Shown here: in pieces, positions 18,795-29,289 of the stretch
How positions within the stretch are numbered: the stretch's first letter is position 1
Layout: every line of letters starts with the position of its first letter
Origin: Candidatus Bathyarchaeia archaeon
GTDB lineage: Archaea > Thermoproteota > Bathyarchaeia > Bathyarchaeales > Bathycorpusculaceae
NCBI GenBank assembly: GCA_049521795.1
Contig: JBEKOM010000001.1
Span: forward strand, 32,001 to 96,000
Length of the DNA: 64,000 bases
Reading direction: 5' to 3'
Notes under the pieces: model-generated
Seen by the model: only the letters and a program-made list of their open reading frames with translations
What the model was told of the DNA's origin: nothing
Database searches by the model: none
Program-made: the position numbers and the translations under genes

Positions 18795-19442
18795 TCATTT
18801 GACGGTCACTATCTTCCAGTAGTTCGGTCTGTCTTCTAGAGAAGTCACGTCGACCTTGGAAAAGTGATTCAGCAATCTGAGAACTTCGCATTTCGTAAAA
18901 AAGTGATGCGTTTCTCCAAAGCGTTTCTTTTCATAATCCTCCAAAATCCAGAAAGTATTCTTCTCCAGCATTCGACCTGTTCCATATCGCAGATCGTTTA
19001 CTGAAGCCAGGTTTGCGAAAAACCAACCATCTTTCCCGAGGATTCTGTAGACTTCGCTTACGCTTCTTACAATGTCCTTCTTGAGCGCATGATGCATGAC
19101 GCTGACACTGACAACAGCATCTAGACAGCAATCATTTATTGGGATGTTGGTCATCGTTGCGCGAACAAGGGCTACATTTTCTAGTCTCTCTTTTTGAACC
19201 CACGACCTCGCCATTTTCAGCGCGTTCTTCGAAATGTCCATACCGATAACTTCAAAGCCACTGTTCGCAAGCAAGACGCAGTGTCTACCAACCCCACAAC
19301 CCAGGTCGAGGATCTTCTTGACTTCGTGTTTTGTCAAGTCAGGTATAGCATCTGCAATGAACTGAGCAGTTTTCTTCAGTCTTTTTGGCACTTGCTTCAA
19401 AGTTGAATAGTATCTATCCCAGTTGGACCGCGTCTCGATCAA
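18795..19442 (-). CDS. Class I SAM-dependent methyltransferase
   Basis: ILDLGCGVGRH motif I; GMDIS. Confidence 0.88.
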   Translation of the reverse strand: MIETRSNWDRYYSTLKQVPKRLKKTAQFIADAIPDLTKHEVKKILDLGCGVGRHCVLLANSGFEVIGMDISKNALKMARSWVQKERLENVALVRATMTNIPINDCCLDAVVSVSVMHHALKKDIVRSVSEVYRILGKDGWFFANLASVNDLRYGTGRMLEKNTFWILEDYEKKRFGETHHFFTKCEVLRLLNHFSKVDVTSLEDRPNYWKIVTVK

Positions 19443-19632
19443 TATTTACTTCCCCGGTTAAGCCCGCACATGATTTCTTTTGTAGGCAATCGCAATATCT
19501 CTTTATGCATAGGCGTTAACATAAATGAATTCAATGTTGAAGGTTTGGCAGCCTTACGGAATTTTTAATATTAGGTTATGGTCCACAAGTGATAAGTACG
19601 GAAAGAAATGTCTAGCAAGCGGATGAAGACAG

Positions 19633-20532
19633 ATGAGCTATCATGAACTTTTTGTTTCGCCTTCAAACATCTTCAGCGGTTTTCAAAAACCATTTGACAA
19701 GGCAAACTATGCAATATTGGGAGTGCCGTTTGACGTCACTAGTACATACCGCACTGGAGCCAGGTTTGGACCCACCGCAATTCGGCAAGCGTCGCTTAAC
19801 ATAGAAACCTACAGTTTTCGCACGGGCGTGGATGTAGAAGACCTAGGTCTCCACGACCTGGGCGATTTGCACGTGTCTTCTGACACGGCGAAAACCTTGG
19901 AAATGCTTGAGCTTGTCATTGGGGACATCCTGAAAACGGGGAAGGTTCCGGTAACGATTGGCGGGGAACACACCATAACCTTTGGCATAGCAAAAGGCCT
20001 TGCAAAAATGGCTTCTACAACAGCAATAGTAAGCTTCGACGCCCACCTTGACATGCGTGACGAGTTCTTGGGACTGAAAATGTCACACACGACCTTCATG
20101 CGCAGAATAAATGAGGAAGTGAGACCCGCAAAAATCGTCGAGGTCGGCACACGGGCAGTCTGCAGAGAAGAGCTAAGGTACGCAAGAAAGGCACGAATAG
20201 AGTTTTTGACGACGGAGCAGATCAGAAAAGAAGGAACCAAACGCACAATAGAACAGTTGAGGGAAACACTGTCGAGCTACAAGAACGTCTACGTATCGGT
20301 CGACATGGACATACTTGACCCGGCTTTCGTGCCTGCCGTACAGAACCCAGAGGCTGACGGTTTAGAAATGCACTCTCTGCTTGACATTCTAGCAGGCATA
20401 TGTGATAAGCGTGTAGTCGGCTTTGACGTCCTAGAGATTGCGCCTGACTACGACCGAGGAGTCTCTGCGATCCAGGCGGCAAAAGTCATTTTCGAAATGC
20501 TTTGCCAAATAGAAAAGTCAAGGATAGCCTAG
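19633..20532 (+). CDS. speB: Agmatinase
   Basis: GGEHT, FDAHLD, SVDMDILDP ureohydrolase motifs. Confidence 0.9.
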   Translation: MSYHELFVSPSNIFSGFQKPFDKANYAILGVPFDVTSTYRTGARFGPTAIRQASLNIETYSFRTGVDVEDLGLHDLGDLHVSSDTAKTLEMLELVIGDILKTGKVPVTIGGEHTITFGIAKGLAKMASTTAIVSFDAHLDMRDEFLGLKMSHTTFMRRINEEVRPAKIVEVGTRAVCREELRYARKARIEFLTTEQIRKEGTKRTIEQLRETLSSYKNVYVSVDMDILDPAFVPAVQNPEADGLEMHSLLDILAGICDKRVVGFDVLEIAPDYDRGVSAIQAAKVIFEMLCQIEKSRIA

Positions 20533-20736
20533 TCGGAAATAAGAGAAGTCAAAGTGTGGCGCTACGAGAAGTCAGAGGATAAGAAAGGAGACCTATGCCA
20601 AGTAGAATTATTCTCAAGAACTATTCGACAGAATACTTGAATGTGAGCTTGCTGTGTGCAAGAAACCCGATGCCCTGACATTAGCAGATCACTTGTGGGA
20701 AGGAAGGCGCAAGCCAAGCCTTTCTGAATTGGCTCC

Positions 20737-22110
20737 TCAATCCTTGCTTTTCACAAGCTTCGCTATGAACAGACCGCTGCAGTGATGAACGTGCGGATAC
20801 AGTCTCTGACATTTGTCAAGTCCTCTTAAGCCTCCTAAACCTATTCTTGGCAGTATTTCGGTCAGCGAAAACTCAGGATGCCATTTCAGAAACCTTTCAA
20901 TGAGCATCTCATTTTCTTCAACTGTTATGCTGCATGTGGAATAGACCAATGCACCCTCAGGCCTGACGTATCCCGAGCAGTTGTCCAACATCTCCCATTG
21001 AATCTGAGCCATTCTGTCCACGGAACTTGGCGTCAGCCTCCATTTGAACGAGGGCAGTCTGCCAAAGATGCCTGTTCCCGTGCACGGTGCGTCCAACACC
21101 ACCAAGTCTGCTTCCACGTCGAAGGGCAGTGGGCTGCGAGCGTCAGCGATGATTGGCTCGGCGATCTTCACACTCATGCGCTTCACCTCGTTCTTCCAAG
21201 AGACCATTCTGCGCCTAGAATAGTCCACAGAAAGGATACGGCCGTTGTTTTGCATCAGCTGCCCCAGGTATGTCGTCTTTCCTCCTGGAGCGGAACAGAC
21301 GTCCAATACGGTCATACTTGGAGTTGGATTCGCCGCTTCAGCCGCAAAAGAGCTTGCTTTGTCCTGGATGTAAACAAGACCTTCTTTAAAGCAGGAGGTT
21401 TCCGTTATGGGTTGTCTTGCATTCTTGACCTCATACGCAAACATTAAATCTTTAACCTTATCAGCCTCAACCCCATCTTCAGAGAGCTTCTTTAGAATTC
21501 CGTCTCGTTCAGAATTAAGCGTGTTCAACCTTACGTAAGTTGGCATGGGCGATCTGTTCGATTCCAGCATCGCCAGGGCGTCTCTTCTGCCAAAAAGCCT
21601 GAAGCAGTATTCGACAAACCAGATGTGATGAAAAGTGCACAATGCGACTCGAGCTTCATCATTTTTCTGCTCTAAGACCACCTCAGGTCTTTGCGTTAGC
21701 AGCATGCCTAGAAAAGGCTCGATGGGTCGCAAGGTTTCCCATCCTAAAACGGAGCGTGCCAGTTTGACTATGTTTTCAGCCTCTTCAACGTCAGCTTCAG
21801 ACCAGTGCTTAGCTATTCTCGTTTGATACACGTAAAGCCGCAGGAAAGCTTGAACGCCAAGGTTGAATTGACCTAGTTCTGCAGGCTTAATGGCTTTGTT
21901 TACAAAAGCATCTATGAAGTTCTGTCTCCGAACGGTTTCGTACACAAGCAAGCGAGCAAGTCGGACAGCATCTGGGTCTCGCATTCTCAGCTGTTTAACG
22001 GTCCTCGCCAAAGCTGAAGGCTCACTCAGCCTTCGCATTTGCATCCAGCTGAGAGTTTCAATCGCAATCGTCCAAGCTTCTCTGAGCAAAGTGTCCACAC
22101 AGTCAGACAT
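20737..22110 (-). CDS. RsmB/NOL1/NOP2 RNA m5C methyltransferase
   Basis: DVCSAPGGKT, DAPCTG, YSTCS...EENE; start codon uncertain. Confidence 0.9.
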   Translation of the reverse strand: MSDCVDTLLREAWTIAIETLSWMQMRRLSEPSALARTVKQLRMRDPDAVRLARLLVYETVRRQNFIDAFVNKAIKPAELGQFNLGVQAFLRLYVYQTRIAKHWSEADVEEAENIVKLARSVLGWETLRPIEPFLGMLLTQRPEVVLEQKNDEARVALCTFHHIWFVEYCFRLFGRRDALAMLESNRSPMPTYVRLNTLNSERDGILKKLSEDGVEADKVKDLMFAYEVKNARQPITETSCFKEGLVYIQDKASSFAAEAANPTPSMTVLDVCSAPGGKTTYLGQLMQNNGRILSVDYSRRRMVSWKNEVKRMSVKIAEPIIADARSPLPFDVEADLVVLDAPCTGTGIFGRLPSFKWRLTPSSVDRMAQIQWEMLDNCSGYVRPEGALVYSTCSITVEENEMLIERFLKWHPEFSLTEILPRIGLGGLRGLDKCQRLYPHVHHCSGLFIAKLVKSKD

Positions 22111-22320
22111 ATGCAAGGTTCTACATAAAAATAGAAGATGCCCCATTCATTCCGCGTCCAGCCTGAAATCAACGAACTTAAAGAAGGCGTTTGACCGTCG
22201 TTGAGGCCATCAACAGTGACAAAAACTATTCCAGTTAAGAGAGACGACATGGCCAACAGCATCTGAGGACAAGAGATTTTAAGCAATCCAGTTCATAAAA
22301 GCAATCGAGTCAAGACCTCG

Positions 22321-25017
22321 ATGACGCAGAAGACACAGAAACACTTGGAGGATTTTCCATCCAAGGAACGCAAACCTTCGACTGAAAAGAAAGTTGACTC
22401 TGGGCCGTTGGCAATCGGAGAGCATGGAAAGAGAGAAGGGAGAAGACGCGTCTTTCCCCCGCTTGCTCCTGAGAACTTGCCATGTTCATACTTTGTCTCA
22501 GCCACTTATGACGGAAGGGCTGGCAAGGCAGTAATCAAACTCTATGAACCGATTTCGGGTCAGATCTACTTCTGGTATGACAACACAGGCCACCAACCCT
22601 ACTGTCTCACAAACCTTTCGCAGTACGAGCTTGAAAAAATCAGCCGTGTAATTCAACACCCAGGCTTCGACCGTTTTGAGATTGTGGAAAAATTTGACCC
22701 GCTGCTAGACAGGAAGGTGAAGGTCACGAAAATAGTGACCAAAGATCCGTTGGCTATCGGCGGCCGACCCTCGGGATGCATTAGAGACATTATTCCAGAG
22801 GATTTCCCAAAGGTCTCTGACGCGCCAATTGTCCCAGAAGAAATCAAAGTCTGGGAATCAACGATAAAGTATTACCAATCCTACATTTACGACCGGCAAC
22901 TTCTGCCCGGAATGATTTACGAGATACGAGACTGCAACCTCGTCCTGAAAAGGCTCGAAGAAGCCGACAAGACCGTGTGTCAGATTCGAGGAACCTTCAA
23001 GGACTCGACTGATGAAGAGTTGGAATTCATCGAAGAATGGGCTAGACTGCTGGAATACCCTGCTCCCAAGTTTCGCCGCGTGGCCCTCGACATAGAAGTG
23101 TTGGCCCCTATCTCCACGAGAGTACCTGACCCCCGGGAAGCGGCTTGCCCCGTTATATGTGTTTCACTATACGGTTCAGATGGACTGAAGAAAGTCTTGC
23201 TCCTGAAACGCGAGGGAGTCCGCGAGGGCACGGAGCACCTGTGCGCGGATGTGGAGCTTGAAAGTTTTGATTCTGAGGACAAACTCATAAGTTCTGTTCT
23301 TGACGTGTTGTGGGAATATCCTTTCGTCCTGACTTTTAACGGGGACGACTTTGACCTTCAATACTTGTTCCACCGTGCTCTGAACCTTGGCATCAGACGA
23401 AGCGAGATCCCAATAGAAGTTGGAAAGAGATCCTGCTTGCTGAGTTATGGAGTTCATCTTGACCTTTACAAGTTTTTCTTCAACCGTTCAATTCAGATTT
23501 ATGCTTTCAACAACCGTTACAGAGACGTGACGCTGAATGACGTTGGAAAAGCTCTGATCGAACTTGAAAAAGTGCCACTTGACAAAACTTTAGGCGAGTT
23601 AACTTACACAGAGCTTGCCGAGTATTGCCTCAGAGACTCTGAAATCACTTTCAAACTTACAAGTTTTGAAGACGAACTCGTCATGAAGCTGATCCTAGTC
23701 CTTGCAAGAATCAGCAGCATGCCGATGGAAGACGTGAGTCGACAAGGCGTCTCTCGCTGGATACGAAACTTTCTGCAACGGGAGCACCGCAAGAGGAACA
23801 TGCTCATCCCGAGTCCCCAAGACATACTGGCGACGAAGGGCAAGACCGCAACGAAAGCAATCATAAAGGGCAAGAAATACAAGGGAGCAATAGTCGTCGA
23901 GCCTGTGCCAGGAGTTTACTTCAACGTTGCTGTTATGGATTTTCCAAGCCTGTACCCGTCAATCATCAAGGTGTGGAACCTGGGCTACCAGTCCATATTG
24001 TGTCCGCACCCGGAATGCCGCGGCAACGTCGTTCCAGGCACGCCAAACTGGGTTTGTACTAGGAAACGAGCGTTAGAGAGCTTGTTGATCGGTTCTTTGA
24101 GAGACTTGCGTGTGCAGTGGTACAAGCCTAAGACGAAAGACAAGTCTCTCAGCGCTGATTTGAGAAGCTGGTACAACATCACTCAGGGAGCTCTTAAAGT
24201 CATACTGAACGCGAGCTACGGCGTCTTCGGAGCCGAAAGCTTCGACCTCTACTGCCCACCAGTGGCTGAGGCAACGGCGGCCATCGGAAGACACTCAATA
24301 ACGCGGATACTCAACAAAGCAGAGGAGCTGAGTATCCAGGTGCTCTACGGAGACACGGACAGCCTCTTCCTGAAAAACCCTTCAAAACAGCAAACTGAAG
24401 AACTGGCGCACTGGACAGAACACGAACTTAAAATGAGCTTGGACGTTGACAAGGTTTACAGGTATGCCGTTTTCAGCTCTCGCAAAAAAAACTATCTCGG
24501 AGTCTTTGAAGACGGCGCAGTTGACGTCAAAGGATTAACAGGCAAGAAGAAACACATTCCAATTCTCATCAAGAAAGCCTTCGACAGAATGAAGGACTCT
24601 CTCGCGAAAGTCAAAACTCCGACAGACTTTGAAGAGGCAAAAAAAAGCATCTGCGAAATTGTCCTCGAATGCTACATACAGTTGAAGAGGCGAGAATGGG
24701 AAAACCTACGTGAATTGGCATTTAACGTAGTCTTAGGTGAAGATATCGAGCACTATACGAAGACAACTCCTCAACATGTCAAAGCCGCTAAGATTCTGCA
24801 GAAGAATGGGGCAGAGCTGAGAGCTGGCGACCTCATAAGCTTCGTTAAGACGACCAGAGAGCCAAACGTGAAACCAGTCGAGTTGGCAACCAAAAACGAG
24901 GTTGACGTTGACAAATACGTAGCTTACCTACGTTCGACGTTTGACCAAGTCTTGGACGCGCTGGGTCTGGACTTTGACGAAATAATAGGATTAACAAAAC
25001 TGGAAAGATTCATGTGA
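22321..25017 (+). CDS. polB: Family B DNA polymerase (PolB1-like)
   Basis: Exonuclease LDIE and FNGDDFD; polymerase DFPSLYPS, KVILNASYG, YGDTDS, KKNY. Confidence 0.95.
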   Translation: MTQKTQKHLEDFPSKERKPSTEKKVDSGPLAIGEHGKREGRRRVFPPLAPENLPCSYFVSATYDGRAGKAVIKLYEPISGQIYFWYDNTGHQPYCLTNLSQYELEKISRVIQHPGFDRFEIVEKFDPLLDRKVKVTKIVTKDPLAIGGRPSGCIRDIIPEDFPKVSDAPIVPEEIKVWESTIKYYQSYIYDRQLLPGMIYEIRDCNLVLKRLEEADKTVCQIRGTFKDSTDEELEFIEEWARLLEYPAPKFRRVALDIEVLAPISTRVPDPREAACPVICVSLYGSDGLKKVLLLKREGVREGTEHLCADVELESFDSEDKLISSVLDVLWEYPFVLTFNGDDFDLQYLFHRALNLGIRRSEIPIEVGKRSCLLSYGVHLDLYKFFFNRSIQIYAFNNRYRDVTLNDVGKALIELEKVPLDKTLGELTYTELAEYCLRDSEITFKLTSFEDELVMKLILVLARISSMPMEDVSRQGVSRWIRNFLQREHRKRNMLIPSPQDILATKGKTATKAIIKGKKYKGAIVVEPVPGVYFNVAVMDFPSLYPSIIKVWNLGYQSILCPHPECRGNVVPGTPNWVCTRKRALESLLIGSLRDLRVQWYKPKTKDKSLSADLRSWYNITQGALKVILNASYGVFGAESFDLYCPPVAEATAAIGRHSITRILNKAEELSIQVLYGDTDSLFLKNPSKQQTEELAHWTEHELKMSLDVDKVYRYAVFSSRKKNYLGVFEDGAVDVKGLTGKKKHIPILIKKAFDRMKDSLAKVKTPTDFEEAKKSICEIVLECYIQLKRREWENLRELAFNVVLGEDIEHYTKTTPQHVKAAKILQKNGAELRAGDLISFVKTTREPNVKPVELATKNEVDVDKYVAYLRSTFDQVLDALGLDFDEIIGLTKLERFM

Positions 25018-25023
25018 ACGTTG

Positions 25024-25578
25024 CTACTTGTTTTCAGTGACCACTCTTAGGCCCCTAGACTTTAGAGGCTCAATAAAGCCTTTCCTGCTTAACACTGAAA
25101 GCAATAAGTAGCCAATTCCTGCTAACACAATTAAGCTGCTAATGGTCAAACTTACAACCATCGCAGCCCACGCTGGCAAGACGCTGAGAACCTGTGGAGG
25201 CTGAAAGTCGAAAACCAGCCAAAGGTAGCTGCCAACGATGAGGCCTATCGGAAGGGCCCCAAGAACACAAGCAGCGAACCGATGCTTCCTCAGAAGCAAT
25301 ATAACCATTGCCGCAATCAGATTTGCAATCGGCCCAATGACAACATCTTGAACTCCTATAAAGTAATAGGCGTTTGTCAAAAAACAGCCCAGCGTCACGC
25401 CTGCGCCGATTGGCCACCCCAGTAGCGCAACGAGAGGAATGAGACAGTCTGCGAGGCGCAACTGAACTGGCCCATATATCGTCGGGTTGCCAACTGAAAC
25501 CATCTGAAGAACGTTGATGACAACATACAAAGCAGCGAAAACGCTTGCCAACACTAAATCTCTGGATTCAATTCTCAA
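25024..25578 (-). CDS. queT: QueT family transporter (ECF S-component, queuosine/archaeosine precursor)
   Basis: FAALYVVI...YGPVQLRLAD.L...GVTLGCFLTN; TTG start at 25578 with GGAGGC Shine-Dalgarno. Confidence 0.75.
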   Translation of the reverse strand: MRIESRDLVLASVFAALYVVINVLQMVSVGNPTIYGPVQLRLADCLIPLVALLGWPIGAGVTLGCFLTNAYYFIGVQDVVIGPIANLIAAMVILLLRKHRFAACVLGALPIGLIVGSYLWLVFDFQPPQVLSVLPAWAAMVVSLTISSLIVLAGIGYLLLSVLSRKGFIEPLKSRGLRVVTENK

Positions 25579-25648
25579 TCTTTCTGCCTCCCTCGCCCGG
25601 GGTTTACTAAGGCGGAACGGGTGGAGGCCCACTCACCCGCCTAAGGCC
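25579..25648 (-). promoter_or_regulatory. Structured 5' leader of queT, candidate riboswitch
   Basis: Stem CGGGUG/CACCCG whose loop contains GCCUC, complementary to the SD GAGGC; TATA-like TTTAATAAAG at about 25665-25674. Confidence 0.4.
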
Positions 25649-26023
25649 TAAGAACACCACAGATCTTTATTAAACATTCCTGAGACTCACACGCTCGCGC
25701 TCGTCAAACGAGCTTTGACAATTGAAAAAGTGGCTCTTACAATTAATAGACATCAATGGTACTCGCTCAAAGAAGTCTGGAAGATAGGCGTGTCGGACTA
25801 GGAAAACAGCCCACGTAGCTCCGCATCCAACCTGAACAACCTCACCGTTTTCAACAACGCTTGCAAAGTGTATATACAAAACGTATATACAAAATGTATA
25901 TGCTTTCATTTTCACTTTTTTTGCGAATTTGGAGGATAAGCCCGCGCGGTGTACGTGGAAAATTTATGGGTGACGCATGAACGTCTGGAGGCTGCTTGAA
26001 AATGCTTTTCAAACAGTGCTACT

Positions 26024-26893
26024 TCATGTTAAGAGCCTGAGGGCGAGAGCAAGGGACGTTGATGCTGCAACAAGGACCGAGACGAGCAAGACAGCCTGAC
26101 GCTCGGTCAGAGGCCGATGAAACGTGAGAAGAGTGAGTAGGCTTCTTCTGTGATCTGAAGACAGTCTTTTCCCATCAAAAGAGAGACTCGCCTTGGTCCG
26201 GTAGATAAAGAAGGTCAGCAGTATCAGCGCAGAATTGAAAATGTACGGCAGAACAGACACGACTAAGTCCAGCTTTATCTCGGATATGATCCCGAAAGAA
26301 GCCAAAGTCATCCCAATGGCGAAGGATCCTGTGTTGCCAACGAAGATCTTTCCTTCAAAATTCAAGAAAGCAAGGATGAGCCATACGGCCAAGGGAACGT
26401 AAAGCAGGACTCCGTTTGACCCTGACATAGCCATCAACCCTATCATGACTATTGCCGGACACACCGTTTCCAAACCGTTCAGCCCCCCCAGCTGATTCAC
26501 CGTATTCGTAACTATCGTGACGAGCACCGGAATTATCACATAGTAGTACCACACCCCGAAGTCAATAGTGCCGAGCAACGGAATCGCCATAGACGTGCGA
26601 ACTCCAGGAGTGTAAAACGCAAAGGCCGCAAGAGGCAACGCAACGACAAGCGGAAGAAACGCTTTAAAACGCCACTTCAGATCCATCCAGTCATCCAGCA
26701 ACCCCATGAAGCCGCCGAACAGCACGCACACGGCCAACGTCAAAGGCGGAGAAACCCCGTTTGAGGCCTTGACTATGTTCAGAGAGTACAAGAGAAACAG
26801 GTACACGACACTGGTCAGAACGTAGACGATGCCTAGGCCATTAGGAACCAAAGGCTTGTTTGGCTTGTGCTGGTCAGGAGCCCTAGGAAGCAA
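26024..26893 (-). CDS. UDP-GlcNAc:dolichol-phosphate GlcNAc-1-P transferase (AglH/Alg7, MraY-like)
   Basis: D.HKPNKP.VP..LG, GLLDDW, N.VN.LGGLNGLE, IFVGNTG; adjacent to aglB; start uncertain. Confidence 0.8.
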   Translation of the reverse strand: MLPRAPDQHKPNKPLVPNGLGIVYVLTSVVYLFLLYSLNIVKASNGVSPPLTLAVCVLFGGFMGLLDDWMDLKWRFKAFLPLVVALPLAAFAFYTPGVRTSMAIPLLGTIDFGVWYYYVIIPVLVTIVTNTVNQLGGLNGLETVCPAIVMIGLMAMSGSNGVLLYVPLAVWLILAFLNFEGKIFVGNTGSFAIGMTLASFGIISEIKLDLVVSVLPYIFNSALILLTFFIYRTKASLSFDGKRLSSDHRRSLLTLLTFHRPLTERQAVLLVSVLVAASTSLALALRLLT

Positions 26894-26907
26894 AGACGTT
26901 CCCCTTT

Positions 26908-29154
26908 CTAAGCATTCGGATAATCTTGGTAGTACTTTTGCCAGTCGATTTTGTAGAGGCACACAAGTGGCACAAGCCCGCCGTAATTGCTCTGTGAGGC
27001 AGTGGGCGTCAAGGTCTCACCTGAGAAGAACTCTTCCGTAAAGTACGTAGGCTGAGTAACGTTGCCAGCGTCAGGGTCGCTAACGCTGTTGACCGTACAC
27101 CAACGGTCTTTTCCCCAGCTCATCAACTTGTACACCGTTGAGTTTAATCCAACGCTGTTCCACACCCACGCGTTAGTCGTGTTGTCGAACGCGCCGAACG
27201 TGGTCTCATTTTGCCAGGAAGAGGCCTGGTCGATAAGGTTGTTACTTATGAACCGTTGTTGCGCGTTTCCGGAAATCTTTGCCATCCAAGTCCACTTTCC
27301 GTTGTCGCCGCCCGCCCAGTCAACCCAGCTTCCCTGGTAGCTAAAAGTGTCGAACACAAGTATGTATTGCGCGTCGTATTTCTTCAGCATGTTCACCGAA
27401 TAAGTCTCGTTTGCCATAAAGATGAACCCAAGATTCTCTATCTGCGTACTGTTAATCGTGGCGTTGTCGGCAATCGTGGTGACGTTTCCCAGGAAGGTCA
27501 GCCAGTATCCGTAGTCCCACCAACTGACCACAACGGTGGAAGAGCTTTGGAAGTCGTTCAGGTATTTCAGCATGTCGAACCACTGTGTGACAGGCTGATT
27601 GGGCGTCACCGAAAGACTGCCTCCGGTGACCGTGACTGGCTGGTAAGCTTGTCTGTAGACTGTAGGTACACCGCCAGATTGTGGCGAAAATGCTAGGTTT
27701 GTCATCAGAACTATGAATATTAGGAAAATGGCAACTCCGCTGAACTCTTTTCCCACGTGCTCCAGAGCTCTTCTTTTTCCAGCCAATCTCGGCGGTTCCT
27801 TCAACAAGGTCACAAACGGTTTTGACATGCCCACTATTCCTACAGCCGCGACAAGAGCGAACGCAGGAGCCAAAATGACCATCAAGCGCACCTCTGAAGC
27901 AGCGAAGTAAACGGTCGTCAAAGCAAAGAGCAGCATGAAGAGATTCTTATTCGTAAGGTTCCTTGCAAGAAAGAATAGACCCACGCCAAAGAAGAGTATC
28001 GCTATGCCAAGGTCGTAGTACATTGAACCCCAAGAAGATATCCTGTGTTCAGCCACAGACTCTATTAGCGCGACATCCCCTCGCAGGTACGGATTTAGAA
28101 CCGTAAGGATCTTTCCAGATATGCGCGTCATGTAACCGGACAACGTGAGCACGGTGAAACTGCCGATTATTCCCGCTACGAACACCACGACAAACATGAA
28201 CTTTTCCCTGGCGGAGGTCAGGTTGTTGATGATCTCGTTCAGACAAAGAAGACCGAAGACTGCTGCAACAGGCAAGATGGCGGACGTAACGGCGAAATCG
28301 GTTGTGATTTCAGTTCGGGTGCTCATAGCAAAGAGGAGACTCGGCCCGAAAGTCAAACCATAAACCAAAAAGAGGCGCCGCGAGTATCTCTTAAGCAGGA
28401 GCAACGCGAAAACGAAGAGCGCGGCCAGGTCTATCGGATAGTATGACGCGCCCCATCCAAGAACGAAGTAAGTTAAGGCGACGCCTGATCCAAGTGAGTA
28501 TGCAACTGTTGAACCTATCGGCCTTTCTTCATCAACGGCCCTTAGGAAGAAAAGAATGAAGGCTGGGAGCGCAACGATGCCAACGTTTTCGGTGGTAAAG
28601 AAGCCCAGCGTAATCTTGGTGATGACAGCGGGGCTTATCGCCAAGAAGAGGGCCGCAAGCAAGCCGACAGGTTTTCCTCCCAAGTCCTTTCCAAGGAAAT
28701 AGAGTATTAAAGCGCCGAGCGCGGCCATTATTGGAGGCAACAGCGCCAAGAAGGCCATCAAGTCGAAGTTAACGCCCAAGAACGTCACGATTTCGTAAAG
28801 GACAGACCCAACGAATGGCAACCCAGGGAGAGACACCCCCATGTTTATACCGTCTGGGTACCAGCGCTGCTTGTCAACCCATTGCGTAGGCCAGTAGGGC
28901 GACAGCAAACCATGAGTCGTCATCTCCTTCGCAAGACTGTACTGATAGTACGGGTCAAACTCCGAAAGATGAATTGTCCCTAATTGTATCTCCCAACGAA
29001 GCGGCAGCACACGTATGGTGAAAGCCAGGAGGAGGACGAGCAGCAAGGCCGAAGAAGTTAAGATTTGAGTATGGTTTACTTTGGGTCGCAGTTTTCCTAG
29101 GCTCTTTATGCCTTTGACAAGACTCTCTCTTGATAGGACGCTGCTGAGCTTCAC
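26908..29154 (-). CDS. aglB: Oligosaccharyltransferase AglB (STT3)
   Basis: EFDPYY, SVAEH, SWWDYGY and DNAT motifs; multi-TM; start uncertain. Confidence 0.93.
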   Translation of the reverse strand: MKLSSVLSRESLVKGIKSLGKLRPKVNHTQILTSSALLLVLLLAFTIRVLPLRWEIQLGTIHLSEFDPYYQYSLAKEMTTHGLLSPYWPTQWVDKQRWYPDGINMGVSLPGLPFVGSVLYEIVTFLGVNFDLMAFLALLPPIMAALGALILYFLGKDLGGKPVGLLAALFLAISPAVITKITLGFFTTENVGIVALPAFILFFLRAVDEERPIGSTVAYSLGSGVALTYFVLGWGASYYPIDLAALFVFALLLLKRYSRRLFLVYGLTFGPSLLFAMSTRTEITTDFAVTSAILPVAAVFGLLCLNEIINNLTSAREKFMFVVVFVAGIIGSFTVLTLSGYMTRISGKILTVLNPYLRGDVALIESVAEHRISSWGSMYYDLGIAILFFGVGLFFLARNLTNKNLFMLLFALTTVYFAASEVRLMVILAPAFALVAAVGIVGMSKPFVTLLKEPPRLAGKRRALEHVGKEFSGVAIFLIFIVLMTNLAFSPQSGGVPTVYRQAYQPVTVTGGSLSVTPNQPVTQWFDMLKYLNDFQSSSTVVVSWWDYGYWLTFLGNVTTIADNATINSTQIENLGFIFMANETYSVNMLKKYDAQYILVFDTFSYQGSWVDWAGGDNGKWTWMAKISGNAQQRFISNNLIDQASSWQNETTFGAFDNTTNAWVWNSVGLNSTVYKLMSWGKDRWCTVNSVSDPDAGNVTQPTYFTEEFFSGETLTPTASQSNYGGLVPLVCLYKIDWQKYYQDYPNA

Positions 29155-29289
29155 TCTTGGTTCATCTCTTACACACAGTTCTTGGAGGTGTTTTATTTTC
29201 CTTGCGGTTAACAACGTCTACGGAAGTGTTCAGATGAGAAGCGCCGTTCATATAAGCCTTTCCGACCCTCAAACAACCTGAAACAGACG

